From IMG/VR virus record IMGVR_UViG_3300036766_002289, positions 1 to 64,000 of that record: a stretch of DNA of 64,000 bases; one strand, written 5' to 3'. Of the stretch, positions 62,738-64,000 are shown in pieces. Both the position numbers and the translations under genes were made by a program. Position 1 is the first letter of the stretch. The number at the start of each line of letters is the position of its first letter. The notes beneath the pieces are model-generated. The model searched no databases. It saw only the letters and a list, made by a program, of their open reading frames with translations, and was not told the origin of the DNA.

Positions 62738-63220
62738 ATGGATATAATTCAACTGGAAAACCTTGTAAATCAAGGATTAAGTCAATATAAAATTGCAGAT
62801 ATTTTTGGTTGCTCGCAAAGTAAGATAAAATATTGGTGCATTAAACTTGGTATAAAGGCAAAACAAAAAATTAGGAAATGTGCTTTGTGCGGGGAAACGG
62901 ATGCCATTAAAATTTATAGGCATAAAGATGGTAGGTTTAGGTATCGTTGCAAGAAGTGTGATAATAAAAAAACTATTGAGCGGTTTAGGGATTACAAAAA
63001 GAAGGCCGTAGAATATAAAGGTAGTAAGTGTTTGATTTGCGGTTATTCTAAGTGTTTAGCGTCTTTAGAATTTCATCATAGGAGTCCAGATGAAAAAGAC
63101 CCGCGTTGGACTAAAATGCGAAATTGGCCCCTTTATAAAATAAAAACTGAATTGGATAAATGTGATTTAGTCTGTAGTAATTGTCATAGGGAGATTCATT
63201 ATGGAAGAGGTGAAATATGA
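62738..63220 (+). CDS. HTH + HNH endonuclease (same family as the tRNA-associated HNHs)
   Basis: LEFHH..EKD..ELDKCDLVCSNCHREIH. Confidence 0.85.
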   Translation: MDIIQLENLVNQGLSQYKIADIFGCSQSKIKYWCIKLGIKAKQKIRKCALCGETDAIKIYRHKDGRFRYRCKKCDNKKTIERFRDYKKKAVEYKGSKCLICGYSKCLASLEFHHRSPDEKDPRWTKMRNWPLYKIKTELDKCDLVCSNCHREIHYGRGEI

Positions 63221-63494
63221 ATTTTTTTGAAGTTTGTTTTAACAGCATGTCTGGCTTAAGAATCTTGATTGTAAAGAGCGTTATGCCTTGTCTCAGTTAA
63301 TGATTTGTAGGACAATTACTGGAGAACAAGTTCGTGAAAAACATCCCGAAGTAGATTTTACTAGAATACACAATGTAACTCCTTTTTTAAGTCTTATCCC
63401 ACCACCAGTGGATTTATGGTCGTTTAATGAAGATTGGTATGATGTTTTGGTCAAGGTTATGCTTTTAGAAGGTATTCGTTAATTGGAGATAATC

Positions 63495-64000
63495 ATGAAT
63501 AAAGAACGTAGGGGCTTTATGGCTTGGCTAGCTGGGTTTTTTGGTCTTGGCGCGGTTACGCAATTAGGTGCGCAACCAGTAAGTATGACCAACAATCATC
63601 CAGTATATGGGAAACAAGGTGAATGGATTCTTTACAAACAAGATGTGCCAAATAAAAAAGGCATTATTGTCTTTACAATGAATGTTGGTAATCTTCCCCC
63701 CTTAAAAGCAGAAGCCTACATTGAAAGGATCAAAGATCAGTTCCGTAAAAGTGGCAACCCACAAGATTGGCAAGACTGGCAGCATATTTTTATGCCAGTC
63801 CGCCATCAAGAAACTAAGGTTGAGATTTTTTCATTTGAAAAGTGTGATTACATAGAGCCTATGAAAGTTCTGGGGGCTGTCGTTCCTTTTGTAGCCCCAA
63901 GTAAAGAATCTGTAAAGGATTATGTCCTTTTGATGTTAGGTGCGCCAGTTGTTAAGGTTGAATTAGATGATACTCAACTTGAATTTGCATATAACAGTAC
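63495..64000 (+). CDS. chimeric protein (partial): Tat-like N-terminus + portal-like segment + neck gp13-like segment
   Basis: not in the ORF track (runs off the window); MNKERRGF.., VFTMNVGNLPPLKAEAYIE, VKDYVLLMLGAPVVKVELDDTQ. Confidence 0.6.
   Translation, partial: MNKERRGFMAWLAGFFGLGAVTQLGAQPVSMTNNHPVYGKQGEWILYKQDVPNKKGIIVFTMNVGNLPPLKAEAYIERIKDQFRKSGNPQDWQDWQHIFMPVRHQETKVEIFSFEKCDYIEPMKVLGAVVPFVAPSKESVKDYVLLMLGAPVVKVELDDTQLEFAYNS

Overview
AT-rich, gene-dense, mostly + strand segment that looks like a jumbo/large T4-like phage genome. It has host-like accessory genes (groES, dnaJ, dut, phoH, sigma factor, thioredoxin, frr, DNA ligase, K+ channel, SPFH, glycosylation/sulfation enzymes), many short ORFans, about 38 tRNA genes (nearly all without encoded CCA) interleaved with free-standing HNH/PD-(D/E)xK endonucleases, and both sigma70-like promoters and leaderless TAAATA / ACTATAT motifs. 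A Planctomycetota host is suggested only weakly, by one YHS-like periplasmic protein. The standout is 21.1-34 kb. A Ro60/TROVE-vWA gene (24541-26043) is preceded by eight Y-RNA-like units sharing a covarying helix GUC(C/U)CC..A / CUU(G/A)GAC and a CUUACAA(A/G)C motif. The units come in three architectures: stand-alone, wrapped around a tRNA (YrlA-like), and circularly permuted, three of them grafted inside tRNA bodies. A ninth, minimal copy sits against the Ro60 ribosome-binding site, suggesting autoregulation. Interleaved with this are a C-terminal-Gly ubiquitin-like protein, a candidate E2 (AGICL), a JAB protease and a ThiF/E1 enzyme, which together suggest a phage Ro60-Y RNA-Ubl conjugation system. 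Other oddities: Tat-signal fusions to terminase, portal and neck fragments; tRNA mimics with expanded or missing anticodon arms; a 16-nt repeated motif in the tRNA region; an exact 72-bp tRNA-Ala duplication; and a pncB deletion scar. All protein assignments come from motif recognition by eye; no database searches were run.
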